Positions 25,461 to 39,800 of a DNA stretch of 64,000 nt are shown in pieces. The notes beneath the pieces are model-generated. The model saw nothing but the letters and a program-made list of their open reading frames with translations. It did not search any database and was not told the origin of the DNA. Positions within the stretch are counted from its first letter, which is position 1; every line of letters starts with the position of its first letter. This stretch comes from Diadema antillarum (Eukaryota): positions 1,116,001 through 1,180,000 of the forward strand of contig NW_027270925.1 of the NCBI RefSeq assembly GCF_040938485.1, written 5' to 3'. The position numbers were made by a program, and so were the translations under genes.

Positions 25461-27248
25461 ATAATGGAACCTTGGATAGAGTGCTGTAAGGTCTATCATT
25501 AAAAAACACCCACACATAAATATGAAAGCCATCCGGTCCCCATTTCCTTCATTTTCTTGAGTATGATATATCTCTTTCGTGCGCAAACAAGCTTTTAGCT
25601 AGAAATCACTTATAACTTCAACATTTTGCAGGAGCAAAGGCGACGGTGCTTTCTCAGCCGGTTTTGTTGTTGTTGTTGTTGCTTAATTTCTTATTTTTGC
25701 TACTGCTGTTGTTGTTGTTGCGCATAATGCTATTCAAATAAGAAAAACCTTGGCCAGTGATTCATGCTGCTCTTTTGCAATATCTAATGTAGCCGCAGCA
25801 CATTAAAAGAGGTGATATTTTTTCTTCAATCTGATCCTCTTTGTCACTTTTGACAAAAGGAGCTATGGAGAAAAGTGTGTGAAAGAGTATGATCTCTCCT
25901 CCATCTCATTCTTGTTCAATAGAGGCAAGTCCATTTTTCCTTTATTGATCATTATTGTTGAGAGTGAACCTGTACAAGCAAACAAGATTTAAGCCGAAGA
26001 TTCCACACAATGCTTGATTTGATGGATACCAAGCATTTTAAGTTTATATGCAGCCTCCAAAGTCAAAGAAAACAAGGAGTGCTTTACTGTAAAAAAAATG
26101 TCTTGTATTCAACTTTGTTATAAGTTATAATACATGTATCAAACTTGTCACTATTATCTTAAATGACGTCTCGACGGAAACAAGCTGAGTGTGGCTCTTG
26201 CAAAGAAACTCATGTAATAAATGTAATGATGTAATAATCTCATTTTATGACATATCATCAAACAGTCAATGATTGATGAATGGGCCGCGGAACGGGGAAG
26301 GGGCTGGATGGGCGGTTGCAGTCCCCCCCCCCCCCCCTCCGCACCCTTCTTTGGATTTGGGAAAAAATGGAAAAGGAATTGAAAAATAAAGAACTGTTGA
26401 TCTACAACTGCCCCTCCCCATCCACTTTAGAAAATGCCCCGCGGTCCCTCTAATGTTGTAGACAAAGCTATTCCAAACAAGTGCATAATTTGTCAAGCAA
26501 AAAAAAAAAAAAAAATGAAATAAAAAATAAAACCAAAAATGTCATCACTGACATCACCACCACCACCAACAACAACAGCAACAAGAACACAAACCCAAAC
26601 AAACAAACACTAAACAAACGAACAGAGCGGAAAGAGAATATCTCGGAACTCCCTGGACCACCAGGTCAGATTCCACAATGTCTTCGTTTCGTTAATATTG
26701 GTCTTGGTATAAAGGAGGTTAAAGTCTGTGCAGACGCAATGTGAAGGCGGCCTCGAAACACGTCACAATGACATTCACTAACGTGTTCTACCGGAAAATA
26801 GAGTGCGAGCTTTGTAGACTTTTGTTTTTAGAATCCTGTACTGACCTTGTGTAAGTTAGATCCAACAGAGAGAATTTGCAGCGGAAGTACCACTTTAATC
26901 GTGTTTGATGAAATTGTCATCTCAACCTTGTACCACGTGTCTTTATAATATGGGGACATTTCATACCCACTCTAGCGAGTTTTACACTTCAATGTCAGGA
27001 AGTGAACTTCTCGCATCTCTCTCTAGCATTGGTAAGAATACTCCCAGGAGACCACGGCATTTGGCGTCAAGACTGTTGATGAATTGCTATTTAAAATTTG
27101 AAGTTGACGCATTTGTCCCTTTGTTTGTAGAGCTGACACGATAGATATATATATGTGATTTAACTCTGTGGATTTCTATCATTAGTAAAGTGAAGTCTTT
27201 CTAGAAAGGAGTCAGATAATCCACCTCGACATAACAATCTAGGTAAAA

Positions 27249-28139
27249 ATGACCACAGTATCAGTGCAAACATACCCTACGTTTTGGGATGAAACTGCTC
27301 TCGACAATACAACTGGGAGTGAAGTGTACACAGAATCTGGGAGGTCCAATTCTTCTAGCGTATTTGGTCTTCTGTGGACCTCCCTGTTTACGGCTTGCAT
27401 TATTGTCGCAAATCTTTTCACTCTCACAGCTTTTTGCGTGAACAAAAAGCTTCGCACTTACAACAACTACTTCATCATCAACCTATCCATTCTCGATCTC
27501 CTATCTGGTTTTCGCCTGATCATTAGCGTACTCCATACCCACATCGGCTACTATCCCCTGAACCAGGATCTTTGTAAGATTATGAATGGGATAAGTCGGT
27601 CAGTCCTCAGCGCTTCTAATTTCGTCGTCGTGATCATCTGCGCAGACCGACATCGTGCGACTTATGATCCCATCAACCATTTCATGACTCGCAGCAAACG
27701 TAAGGCTTTGTTTCTTAACTCCCTGGCCTGGCTTGTTGCTTTTGCTTTCTGGATGATGTTCATCACAGCCTGGGAGTTCATCGACAACTTTGACAACGGA
27801 CGTCACTGCGTTAATAAATATTCCACAATACCAGGAGTTTCCGTAGTCAATGTCGTTATCATCTTCTATCTGCCTTTCTTTTTCATTACCTTTCTCTACC
27901 TTCGTATATTTCTAAAGATCAGAAAGACACGGGGTGGGAAACTTGTCGAAAAGAAATTCGATGTGAAGAATAATCTCAGTATAGTTTCCACAAATATTCC
28001 GAAGGACGCCACAACGTCGTCTCAGAATAATTCAACCATCGACATGGACGTTGAGTCTTTGGGAGAAAAAGAATTTGGACAAGATTTTGCACGGAGGAAC
28101 ACCAAGAAAGCCGGTTCAAATGTCGACAAGAAACCGAAT
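27249..28139 (+). CDS. GPCR-3 exon 1
   Basis: Same 5-TM motif set; donor AAT|GTAAGC at 28140; 891 nt = 297 codons. Confidence 0.92.
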
Positions 28140-28789
28140 GTAAGCAATCAGCTTTATCCCTTTCAATAAGTATTTTCAGTAGGCCTATATGCTTGATTTC
28201 GCAAATGTTGTCACCTTTCTTTTTCTGGTTACGATAAGCCCAAGTCACGTTTAGACAACACAAATATTTTTTTTTGGAAACTCTAAGCTGCCAATGACTA
28301 TTGAGGATTTTTTTTTAAATGCTTGGCCTTTGGAAACAAGAAACTGAAATTTGTGTGCTTCAACAGAATCCCAAATATACGACAATTTGATATTCTCTCT
28401 TTTTTATTATTTTCACCATCAACGAAAATATAAAAACGATACAATGAGTATCTTCTTTACATTTTGCAATATGTTCCAATCTTGATAAAGGACAACAGCA
28501 AAAGGCATCTTTTGTATAATGTTTATACAGACCTACAGATACAAAACCTAATTTTGTTCGAAATAAAAAAAAAAAGTTAAGTTGGCACGAATGATAATTA
28601 TGACAGGAAAGATTGCTTGAATGTAACGAATATCGATTAAATTAATTCTAATTTTCAATAAAACTAAGCTATTACTTTTGGTTAGAATAAGAATGAATCA
28701 TGAAATCATGAAAGGTTCTTTGTCAGTGTTAAAAGACCAAGTATTATTTTTCAAACTGCCTTTTTCTTTTTCTCTATTTCAAATCAAAG

Positions 28790-29089
28790 CGCGAGTCGGC
28801 TGCCGAAATGCGGAAAGCGACACGAACCCTCTTGTTCATCGTGCTGTCTTTCGTTGTTGCCTGGTTACCTCAGAGCATCATCGGTTTGATCTATTCCGTC
28901 AAGCCTCAGCTTATCGTGCAGGGCCTACCCCGGGCTTGGATGCTTTTTTTCACCTGGTTGGCAACCGGAAACAGCCTTCTGAACCCGATCTCCTACGCAG
29001 TGAGCCAGCCGCTTCTAAGGTCAACACTGAAGAACATGCTTTTCAATCATTGCAAGGAAAGATCTCCACCGAAGAAAGTAAACTCTTGA
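28790..29089 (+). CDS. GPCR-3 exon 2, using a shifted acceptor; spliced protein about 396 aa
   Basis: TM6/TM7 coding sequence (AWLP, NPISY). The homologous CAG reads CAA; the first AG after the pyrimidine tract is AAG|CGC at 28788-28789, which is in frame. Confidence 0.8.
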   Translation, partial: RESAAEMRKATRTLLFIVLSFVVAWLPQSIIGLIYSVKPQLIVQGLPRAWMLFFTWLATGNSLLNPISYAVSQPLLRSTLKNMLFNHCKERSPPKKVNS

Positions 29090-30879
29090 ATCCAGGAAAA
29101 TGTAGCACTGCAGCAAATCATAATAGAGTATTCAAAAGGAAATATTATCCAGGACAATTAAAAGAAATCTTTAACTTGAAGACATGAATATCTGTGCACT
29201 AAATAACAACGTTAAAAAATGTAAACGATAATATCATACATTTTAGACATTTGAAGTCTTCGAAACATAATCACAATTTACTAGTAAAGAAATAAAGAGC
29301 ATGTAGTGAATTCATTGATTCTGTTTAAAAGCATAATTGACACCTTCTAGTTAGAATATTTTCGATGTTCAAACATGAGTTGTTGCACGCACTGTCTTCG
29401 CAATCATTTCCTGTTTCGATCTTGTACGATTTACCTTACATATTCAATGGTATAAAGAGTATATGATATTATATTTTTCTTACGATTCTTTGAAAGAATA
29501 TCGTATTCAACAAATAACTTTTTGGAAACAATCATATTTGATGTACAAGTGGGATTTATACAATTATTTCCGAGGACCCTAATTGCATAAGAAATGTGTT
29601 GTCTTTGATTTTGTAAGGGCTTTCATTTGAACTTGTTGCAGGCAACTTGATAAAGATTTCCCCCTTCACTTGTAAATTCTATCACAAAACATTTGCCCTT
29701 TCATTATTTCCGTACTCAACATATATTTTAACAAAATGAGTGACAGAAAAATGAAACGGGAAAAAAAATCTACGCTGTCTCCGTTGGTGATCAAATGTGT
29801 CAATTACAGGTATCTAACCAAGGGTCATTTGTATTCGGAGTCGAGGCAAATATGGCAAACATTTGAAAGGATACATGTACGTGCTTACATCAAAACCTGA
29901 AAAGCGACTAGACTATGTTTCTTGATGACATGGATTTTCAGGGTCATGCTAATGTGACTATCCATCGATCGCACAGTGGGGAGATCTGTGTTATCTTTAT
30001 CCTGAAAGACTGCAGATCAGACTTTCCTAGACCTCCGAAATATGAACGTTCGACGTTTCGCACATTTTCATCCTTTTTTTGGCATCTATTTGTGATGAAC
30101 TAAAACTCAACCGTTGCAGATAGTTTCCAATTCAAATGTATTCCCTTAAAATCTAATCTAACCCAGAATTTGACTACCTTTTGTCATTTTCGCAATGTAA
30201 GATAATATTTGCCTCTTTTTAAATCTTGTTTAACATAATCTAAGGAATGCATTTGTTGACTAGTTTTGTAAATATACATTTTAGTCGATCCTTACGAGAA
30301 ATCCTGGCATATTCCTGGTTTAAAGAATCATTAGTATTTCATTTTAGACTGGATCTGCATTGATTTCAAAACCACGATTTAAATGTACGAACAAAACATC
30401 TTGTGATCGTTAAAAAACAAAAGTAGAATTCCGTGTCGCTGATTGATATTAAAGAATAATTCAACAGTAGGCATCAAAAATTGGGAGAAGTTATGCATTG
30501 GTCAAGGCCTCAAATCCCAACACTTGAGACTAACTCTATACTTTAACTCTTCGTTTTGTAATACTTTGCTAAAACATACTTTTGACATCATTCCTTGGGA
30601 GCTTTTGTTGTTCATAGTGCATAATCATATTGGAATCATTCCACTGTAATAACTAGAATGCTTTCTTTACTTTATAATTACTTTACTTCAGTCTTTTGTA
30701 TTTATTATTCCATCTACTTGTACGCAATGTCCACAACTGGTAACGGAGCTTTATCTTGTGTAATTTGGGCATTGATCTAATCAAAATATTAATAACAAAG
30801 ACCTCTTCTTTACCTATTTCCTTAAGTAGTGTCTCACAAGCAGTGGAGATATGTTTAATTTCATCAATGTTTATATTGT

Positions 30880-31550
30880 ATAAAGTTGATGAGCATTTTT
30901 TAAACTCTGTTTATCAACCAGTATTGTAAAACCACGTTTTATCACGTGAACTTTATCTAATTATATAACTTTTATTGTATAAACTTAATAAGTATTTTTC
31001 AAACTCTATTTATCAAACCAGTATTGTAAAACCACGTTTTATCACGTGAACTTTATGTAATTATATAACTTTTATTGTATAAACTTAATAAGTATTCTTC
31101 AAACTCTATTTATAAAACCAGTATTGTAAAACCCCGTTTTATCACGTGAACTTAATCAAATTATAAAACTTTTATTGTATAAACTTAATAAGTATTTTTC
31201 AACTCTGTTTATCGACCAGCATTGTAAAACCACGTTTTATCACGTGAACTTTATCTAATTATACAACTTTTATTGTATAAACTTAATAAGTATTTTTCAA
31301 ATTCTATTTATCATCCGGTATTGTAAAACCACGTTTTATCACGCGAACTTAATCCAATCATATAACTTATAGTGTATAAACTTATTAAGTATTTTTCAAA
31401 CTCTGTTTATCAACCAGTATTGTAAAACCACGTTTTATCACGTGAACTTTATCTAATATAACTTCTATTGCATAAACTTAATAATTATTTTTTAAACTGT
31501 TTTTATTAACTAGTATTGTAAAACTCCTGTATATCACTTGAACTTTATCT
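30880..31550 (+). repeat. Tandem array of about 100-bp units (about 6.5 copies)
   Basis: Unit AAACTCTGTTTATCAACCAGTATTGTAAAACCACGTTTTATCACGTGAACTTTATC... recurs near 30902, 31001, 31101, 31200, 31297, 31398 and 31495. Confidence 0.92.
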
Positions 31551-32143
31551 AATGGCTGTCACATAGTGAGCATTGGTGGAACCCAAATTAAGAGATTTTT
31601 CTGTGTCAGTTGGAATATAGTATTATATGCGTACATATCATAAAAAATCAACACTTCTACATACTATAATTCTCATGGAATTGTCAACATTTCAATAACC
31701 ACTTTTCCACATATCACGGGTATTTTTCGGGGGGGGGGGGTGTTTTCTACTCTCTCCCGTGATTTCAGCTGCAGCTCCACTTTACTAGCCGTATAATATC
31801 AGCTAGAGTCCCTTCATACAGGGACTGTAACACCAGTTAGCCAGACCCTTCATTAGCCACAAAATAGCGCCCTCTGTATCGCCGTTTCTGTGTCAATTAT
31901 TGAACATTAATACTTTACATTCATTATACTCTAAGAGGAAGATTACCCAGTTCATCATCATTGTAATAGGGACCTGGTGGCAAATTCTCAAAAGCTCAAA
32001 ACAGACACCAATGGATTTATCATCTCACTGAAAGCATAAAGATGAATGCTCCATGAATGCTTGCCTTGAATGTCAAATCGTACGTGATGACAGAGAGGTT
32101 TAAAAAGATTTTTTTCTCCCTTGTACACGTCTTTCCCTGACAT

Positions 32144-32465
32144 TAGGGAGCTTTAGATTAGCGGCGACGCTTGTGCTGGACGTTCTCCTCTTTCCTGCGT
32201 CGTATTAAAAAAAAAAAACAGCTTTAGATTACGCTGAGGCGCAACCTATAAAAAATAAAATGGCGTCCCCATATGATTGCTGCGTGAAGTAGCTATCAAC
32301 GTCGTGAATTCAGCGGACGTAAAAATACCATAAGAACGCATAGTGAAAACTCAGACGACGCGAGCTATAATAGATCGACTTTGATACGCGATTTTGCGCG
32401 TGCGCAGAATACGTTTTTTTTTTTCCCCTCTGATCGTCCCCGTCGCGAAAATCTAAAGATCCCTA
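32144..32465. mobile_element. MITE (about 320 bp)
   Basis: TAGGGAGCTTTAGATT / AATCTAAAGATCCCTA inverted termini; CGACG-rich interior. Confidence 0.75.
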
Positions 32466-32526
32466 TTAGCTTATTACAGCGCGCTCAACCGTTCTCATGC
32501 CTCATCTGTATCCGCCACTTCATTAA

Positions 32527-32878
32527 AGGTCCACTTTACCTTTTGGAGCAGTGATTTCAAAAAAGTTCAAGATATATTGATGCATATGTATAGATCTGTT
32601 TTATCACAAAACATCCTACCATATAAAATTTTCGCGGTAAAACCTTAAGTCTGAGGAGATATCAGGGTTTTTTCTCAATAAACCGTAACTGAAGAAGGTT
32701 TGGTCTGGAAACATTTTTATTATAACTATTGTTCTCGTTTTGTGTATTTAACAACACCATCGATTATACGGATTCAAATTTTTACAGTGGTTGTTTCTAT
32801 GCTTAACTCACATTTTAGAACTATTCTAAAGCGCTAATGCTGCGTTTTTGTTTTATCTGCAAATGGTAAATGATGCCT
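32527..32878. mobile_element. Kolobok-like MITE
   Basis: TTAA|AGGTCCACTTTACCTTTTG ... CAAATGGTAAATGATGCCT|TTAA; TTAA duplication with an AGG start fits Kolobok rather than piggyBac. Confidence 0.7.
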
Positions 32879-35355
32879 TTAAGTAAAACTTCAGCCACGG
32901 TCATCCAAGGGCTGACAGTTTGTTACTCTAAAGGTTCGCTATTCCGAATATTTATTGATCCGGAAATGGAGCAAGAGTCGTCATTTTGAAGGTTTGTTAA
33001 TTCGAAAATGAAGGAAGTATTTTTCGATGGTTCGTTAATCCGAAAAGGAAATAGATGGCTGGTAATTCTGAACGTTCGTCAGTACTCTTGACACATGTGC
33101 ACCATCTTTTCATTCTCGTGGTATATTGTTTATTCGTGATTCAGTTCTGTTAATCCTTATGCACGGCCTCCCTGAAAAGAGGCTTTTAGCCGTGTCGAAA
33201 TATATAAAAATCAAATCCAAATCAAACTGCATCTCTGCATTTTCATCTCAATTCTTCGTCAAGAACCATTAGGGCGTGTGTTTGCTATTAAAAAAGCACT
33301 TCGGACATCAGGTATCATAGGAACGGTAAAATGTGATTAAGAATGCTTTACCCTCTTACTTGTCTTACTGCTCACGTAGTTAAGACATTTGAAAATTTAA
33401 TAACAAGTTTTGTTTAACAGGGTTTAAGTTTGAATCGTTTCCAGTTTAAGGGGGATGGCTAGTAAGTGATCAGTGGGAATCAGTGGGAATGCTGGGGATG
33501 ATTGTTCCATTCCTTGTGGGAGTCATTTAAGAGTACATTATATATCTATTATTGTGTAAAAATTATTTACTTCAGAATGGTCTCATGCATAATCAGTTGT
33601 TATTATTCAAGTAATGTGCAGTTCAATGTTTCCAGGTTAGCATGCTTGAACAGTGTCGTTAATGGGCCGTTAACGATCGCCCCGTCACTGCACAAGCAGG
33701 CTAACCTTGAATTCAGTATCGCAATTTTCATAGCAATTTTCATCCGCAATGCTTTTTTCACACAGGAAGAAAGGGAGTGATAAACTCATACGAAATCAAG
33801 ATAGAATTAAAACTGCATGGAAAAGCAAGCCGTGCTCCTTGCCATGGTGGTTTTAAGAATTCCACATAAGAGATATTCTTCTTTCTTTTCGTTAATTCAC
33901 TTGTGCTTTCTGAGGTCAAGGACAGAGCTGGAAAGCCTGTAATTAAAAACACTCAGAAAAATGGCAAACCTATTGCTATCCGGTCCCCCTCTCTCTCCTT
34001 TCTTGAGTGTGTGTCTCTATACTCCACAAGGGCGTATACCTACCATCTATTTTTATTGATAGGATCTCACTCTTTGAAAAAACGCCATTGTTAGAAACCG
34101 TTGATAACGTCAGTATCTGCAGGAAGCAGCATGGCAACGGTGGCTTCCTTTCCTCTCTTGATATAATTCTATTCTTACAGAAAAAAAAAAAACCTGGGCC
34201 AGTAATTCATGCTGGGGTTTTCGATGCAGACGAAGAATATTAAGAGAGGTGATATTTTCTTAAGTCTGATACTTGTCGTCATTTCTGACAAAAGGAAATT
34301 ACAGACGAAAGTGCATGAAAGAGTGTGATTGCTGTTCCATAGTTTGCCTGATCAATAGAGGCAATTCCTTTTTTTTTTCGTTCATTACACTTTTCGTTTA
34401 AACGCAGACTCTTAACATGCCTAAATCAAACAAAACCAAAAACGAAAAGTGTTACCAATACTATTTTTTTTTGGAACGAAACAAAAACAGGATTATCATT
34501 ATTATTTCAAATGGCAGCACGGTACAGCTAGGGTCATTATGGATCCTTTGTTACAAGCAACTTATTCCTAAATGATACTGTCTCATTATGACATGCCAAC
34601 ATAAATTCAATGTCTAATGTTGTGGATAATCCTACCTAGCCTACAGCGAAGTTCATGATAAGCACTTTAATGATAAGGGGGTCTTTAATCCTTCTGGAAG
34701 TGCATTCAAGAAGAATAACACAAGAGGAGATATCTCGGAGTTCCCTAGGTCAGCACAGCATTTTCCAACTGTCTGTTCGATAATGTTGGTTTTTGTATAA
34801 AGGAAGGTTGTAAGTCTGTCTAGACGAAAATGTTGACGGCTTTGAAACACGTCACAATGATATTCAGTCACGTGATAGGGCTAATTTACCAGTTAATAAC
34901 AAGTGTGCGAGCTTTTTCGAAAGTACTTTTTAGATTCCTGCGTTACGACTTTAAGTAAGCTAGCTCATACCTTCATAGAAAAGGATTTTCATTGAAGGAG
35001 ATGGTTACCACTCTTATTAATTCTAATGAATTTTGTTATCTCACCCTTACGCCACGAGTCTCTAAGTGACATTCCATTTACTCCATAGCAAGTTCTACAA
35101 TTTATTGTCAAGGAAGTGAACTTCCCAGGTCTTTGTGTATAACTTTAGTAAGTCTATACTTTCAGAAGACCATGTTACTTTGCGAGGTCAAGTGAAATGC
35201 GAAGCATGTGAGTTGATGCATTTCATCTTTTGTTTGTGGAGCTGACATGATATAGATATATGATTTGATTCTGTCATTTCCTCACACTGTGGTGAAGTGA
35301 GACCTTTCTAGATCGGAGACGGAAAAATCTCTCTCAACTAAATAATCAAGGCGAG

Positions 35356-36246
35356 ATGACCATGTCATCAACGCAGACATACCCTACATTTTGGGTTGAA
35401 ACTGCTCTCGACAATTCAACCGGGGGTGAAGTGTACACTAAAGCTGGAGGGTCGAAATCTTCCGGAATTTTTGGTCTCCTCTGGACCTCCCTGTATACGG
35501 CTTGCATCATTGTCGCAAACTGTCTAAATCTTGCAGCTTTTTGCGTGAACAAGAAACTTCGCACTTATAACAACTATTTCATCATCAACCTATCCATTCT
35601 CGATCTCCTCTCTGGATTTCGCCTGATCATTAGCGTTATCCATACTCACATCGGCTATTATCCCCTGAATCAGGACCTTTGTAAGATTGTAACTGGGATA
35701 AGTCGGTCACTCCTCAGTGCTTCTAATTTCGTCGTCGTGATCATCTGCGCTGACCGACATCGTGCAACCTACGACCCCATCAACCATTTCACGTCTCGCA
35801 GCAAACGCAAAGCTTTGTTTCTTAACTCCCTGGCGTGGCTTGTTGCTTTTACTTTCTGGATGATGTTCATCACAGCCTGGGAGTTCATCGACAACTTTGA
35901 CAACGGACATCACTGCCTTAACAAGTACTACGCAATACCAGAAGTCTCTTTACTCGGTGTTGTTGTTACCTTCTACTTACCCTTCTTTTTAATCTCCATC
36001 CTCTACTTTCGCATATTTCTAAAGATCAGAAAGACACGGGGTGCAAAATTTGTCGAAAAGAAATTCGATGTGAAGAAAAATCTCAGTAAAGTGGTTACAG
36101 ATTTTCCGAAAGACGCCACAACGTCGTCTCAGAATAATTCAACCATCGACATGGACGTCGATTCCGTCGGAGCAAATCAGTATGGACAAGATGTTGCACG
36201 GAGGAGCACCAAGAAAGCCGGTACAAATGTCGACAAGAAACCGGAA
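35356..36246 (+). CDS. GPCR-4 exon 1
   Basis: Paralogous 5-TM ORF; donor GAA|GTAAGA at 36247; 297 codons. Confidence 0.92.
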
Positions 36247-36822
36247 GTAAGAAATCAGCTTAATCCTCCTTTTTTATAAACATTTACAGTACTAGTATGC
36301 TTGATTTCGTTAATTGTTACTTTTCATTCCTTGGTTCCGACATGACCGCGTTATACCCCCGTCACACTAATTCGGAATCGGCACGAATCAAACAAAACCG
36401 GTCGGAATTAAGGATTTTCAAAATTCGCGCCACATTCGGGAGGAAAATTCATATTGCAACTGCTTGGTAGGAATGCTGTTTGAATACTTGGAATTCACTT
36501 CGAACCCTTCTCAAATCATTCTTGCACATTCCGATTGAATTAGCTCTCGAATGCTGCTCGAATATACTGTAGTGGGAACGCGGTAGGAATATTCAGAATG
36601 TTGTTAGAATGCGGTCAGAATTTTAGAAAGCACTTGGAATGCCGCACGAGCGCGATTCGATTGCTGCCCGAAGTTTGATGGTCGGAAGGCGCTCAAATAC
36701 AGTACAATATATAGTACAGTACAGAATGCAGCGCGAAAACTTCGAATACACTTAGAATGCAACACGAATGTCCTGTGTGTGTCAAGAACCCCCGGAATGG
36801 TCTCCGATAGCGTGTAAAATGG

Positions 36823-39800
36823 TTCAAGTTCAAGTTCAAGTTCGAATTTATTCGTTTTTCCACAATAAAATCATACAGACATAAATCTCACTTTCTTGAG
36901 TGACAGATACAATGTATGTAAATTCGTACAAAGAAACCAACAATAATGAGAAAAACTAATAGTATCAATACATTGCAATTGTTGCAGAAGTAACGAAAAT
37001 GAAAGAATTGTCAATATGCACTGTGTGAAAAAACGGAGGGACCCACTAAAAAGACAATGCTTGTAGAGTGTGGGCCCCTCTTGTATTAAAAACTCGATGC
37101 AAAATTTGACTAAATATAGCAACAAAGCAGCACGAAAAGTTTGGCATAAAAAGTTTAGCAGCCCACTAAGAGACAGACGGACAAACAGTTACACACAAAA
37201 CAATAACAAACGAAATAATGAGCATGAGACAAGACTGGGACAGCAACAAGACTACTTATAGGGAAGAAAACTGACTCGACGACACGACAGGAAACAAGAC
37301 TACAGCGCGACGAAGAGGTAACAAAATAGACAGGAGTAAGCAACAGAGACAACGATCATCGGAGGTTAGAGGAAGAAAGAGAAGAAGAAGAAAAGAAGAA
37401 TATACAACAAACCCTTCAACTGCAAGGTATCAGTTAAAGAAGATCTTATCATAATCAAAGCTAAGGCAAAGGTAACAATAATGAAAAAAACGGCAATAAA
37501 GATTTTGCGGACGGGAAACAAAATAAGCCTATGAACTAATCCGATTCAGGGGGTCGTCATTATAGGATTGCAAAAGAAAAAACTTCAATCTCCTTTTAAA
37601 GGAGTAGATAGAGGGAGCAGATTTTATATCGTGGTTCAGGGAATTCCAATAATTAGGTCCAGTGTAAATAAGTGTATTCTTTGCTAAAATCGTTCGAAGA
37701 AGTGGTAAATGAAACTCGTTAGAGCGTCGGGTGGGGTAATTATGGAATGATTGATTTTTTTGGAACATAGAACCAAAGATAGGTGGCAGTAAACTGTTAT
37801 CATACATATACATAAATTGGCCTAAGTTGTATAAAAATAATTCGTTAATTTTTAGTAGCTTATTACAGTTAAACAATACATTTGTATGTGAACGAGTGGG
37901 AGAATTGGAAATGATACGGAGGGCTTTCTTTTGCAATAATAACACTCTATTCAGCAGCGTCTGATGTGTATTGCCCCAAGCTAAAATTCCATAATGAAGG
38001 TAAGGGAGTATCAAAGAGGAGTATAACACAAGTAATGTCTTTTCAGGAATATAAAATTTTAGTCTGTTCATAACACCTATATTTCGAGAGATGATTTTGC
38101 AAATATGATCAATATGTATTTTCCAAGAAAGTTTATTATCTACAAAAATACCAAGAAATTTGAAATATGACACACTTTCTAAATTACAATCATCCAGAAC
38201 TATTTCTGAATTCAAAGAATCAACAGTATTGCTGAAAAGCATATATTTTGTTTTTTGAACATTCAATGACAACTTGTTAGCTCTGACCCAGTTGGTCACT
38301 TTTTTCAATTCTGTATTAGCTTGTTGAACAAGAACATCGATATCGTTATGGGCAAGAAAAACACTGGTGTCATCAGCATAGTGTATAAAGGAAAGTACCT
38401 CTGAAACAGAGGAAAAATCATTGATATATATTATGAATAGCAGCGGCCCTAAAAGACTTCCCTGTGGAACACCACACTTTACATCTCTTATAACTGAATT
38501 ATTATCTTTAATTGAAACAAACTGTTTTCTGTCAGCTAAATAAGTCTTGAACCACTCCAAGGCCTTCCCACGTATTCCGTAGTGCGATAACTTGTGGAGT
38601 AAAATGTTGTGATTAATTGTATCGAAGGCCTTGGAGAAGTCCAAGAATATACTAATTAAATGGGAATGATTGTCAGTTGCATTAACGACTTTATCAATAA
38701 AATGAAGAACTGCATGGATGGTACTATGTTTTTCTCGGAAACCAAACTGAGAATTTGTGAATATTTTGTGCACATTTAAAAATTTGATAATTCTGGTGTA
38801 TATTATTTTTTCTAAAGCTTTCGATAATGAAGATAATAAAGAGATTGGACGATAATTACTGACATCCAGATTATTACCTTTTTTAAATATTGGAATTACT
38901 TTAGCCAATTTCAGTTTATCAGGAAACATACCATTAGAAATTGACAGATTAAAAATGTGAGCCAAGGGATCTGCGACTGATGATATAACACCCTTCAGGA
39001 TACAATTATCTATATCATCATAACCGGAGCTACGTTTGTTTTTTAAAGAGGATACAATATCGATAATCTCATATCTGTTTGTTGGAGTTAAAAAAATAGA
39101 GTTGGGGTTACACTGGCCTAAGAATTCAGTAAAATTCTGTTCTGTAGCCGGAATACCATGAGCAAGCGTTTCACCTATTTTTGAAAAATAAGAATTAAAA
39201 ACATTTGCAATATCAACAGGGTCATCAATTATTTCATCATCCCACTTTATTTCATCTATTTCTGCTTTTTTGTTCGGAATATTCATTGCCTGCTTTAAAA
39301 CTTTCCAAGTATTTTTAATATCAAACTTAAATTTCAACAACTGCTGAGAATAATACCTTTTCTTTTCCAAACGTAAAATCCTAGTTAATGTGTTTTTGTA
39401 TAATGTATATTTATTCTTTGATCGTTCAGTTTTTTCCATTTTATATTTATAATACAATCGATTTTTTCTATTAATTGAACGAAGAATTGATTTTGAAATC
39501 CACGGTAACCTAGGCGTCTTTTTATAATCCTTTTTACTTTTTTGCTTTGGAATAATATCATCCAAAAGAGAATTAAATATTTCCATAAAATTATCAAAAG
39601 ACAGATTAACTTCATCATTTTCATAAACTCGTGACCAATCAGCATTATCAAGAGCGGCATCAAAACTGGCTAACTTTTCACATGAGACTCTACGTTTGCA
39701 TAAAGGAGCCGAAGGTTTAGCATCATTAGCCAAAGTTTTCAAAGTAAAATGAGTCATGATTGGGAAATGGTCGGTCACATCTGAGAGAATTATAAAAGAA

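Noticed and set aside
28678-29187. 169-aa ORF overlapping GPCR-3 exon 2
   Set aside because: Wrong frame; the TM6/TM7 frame is the one in ORF 28808..29089.
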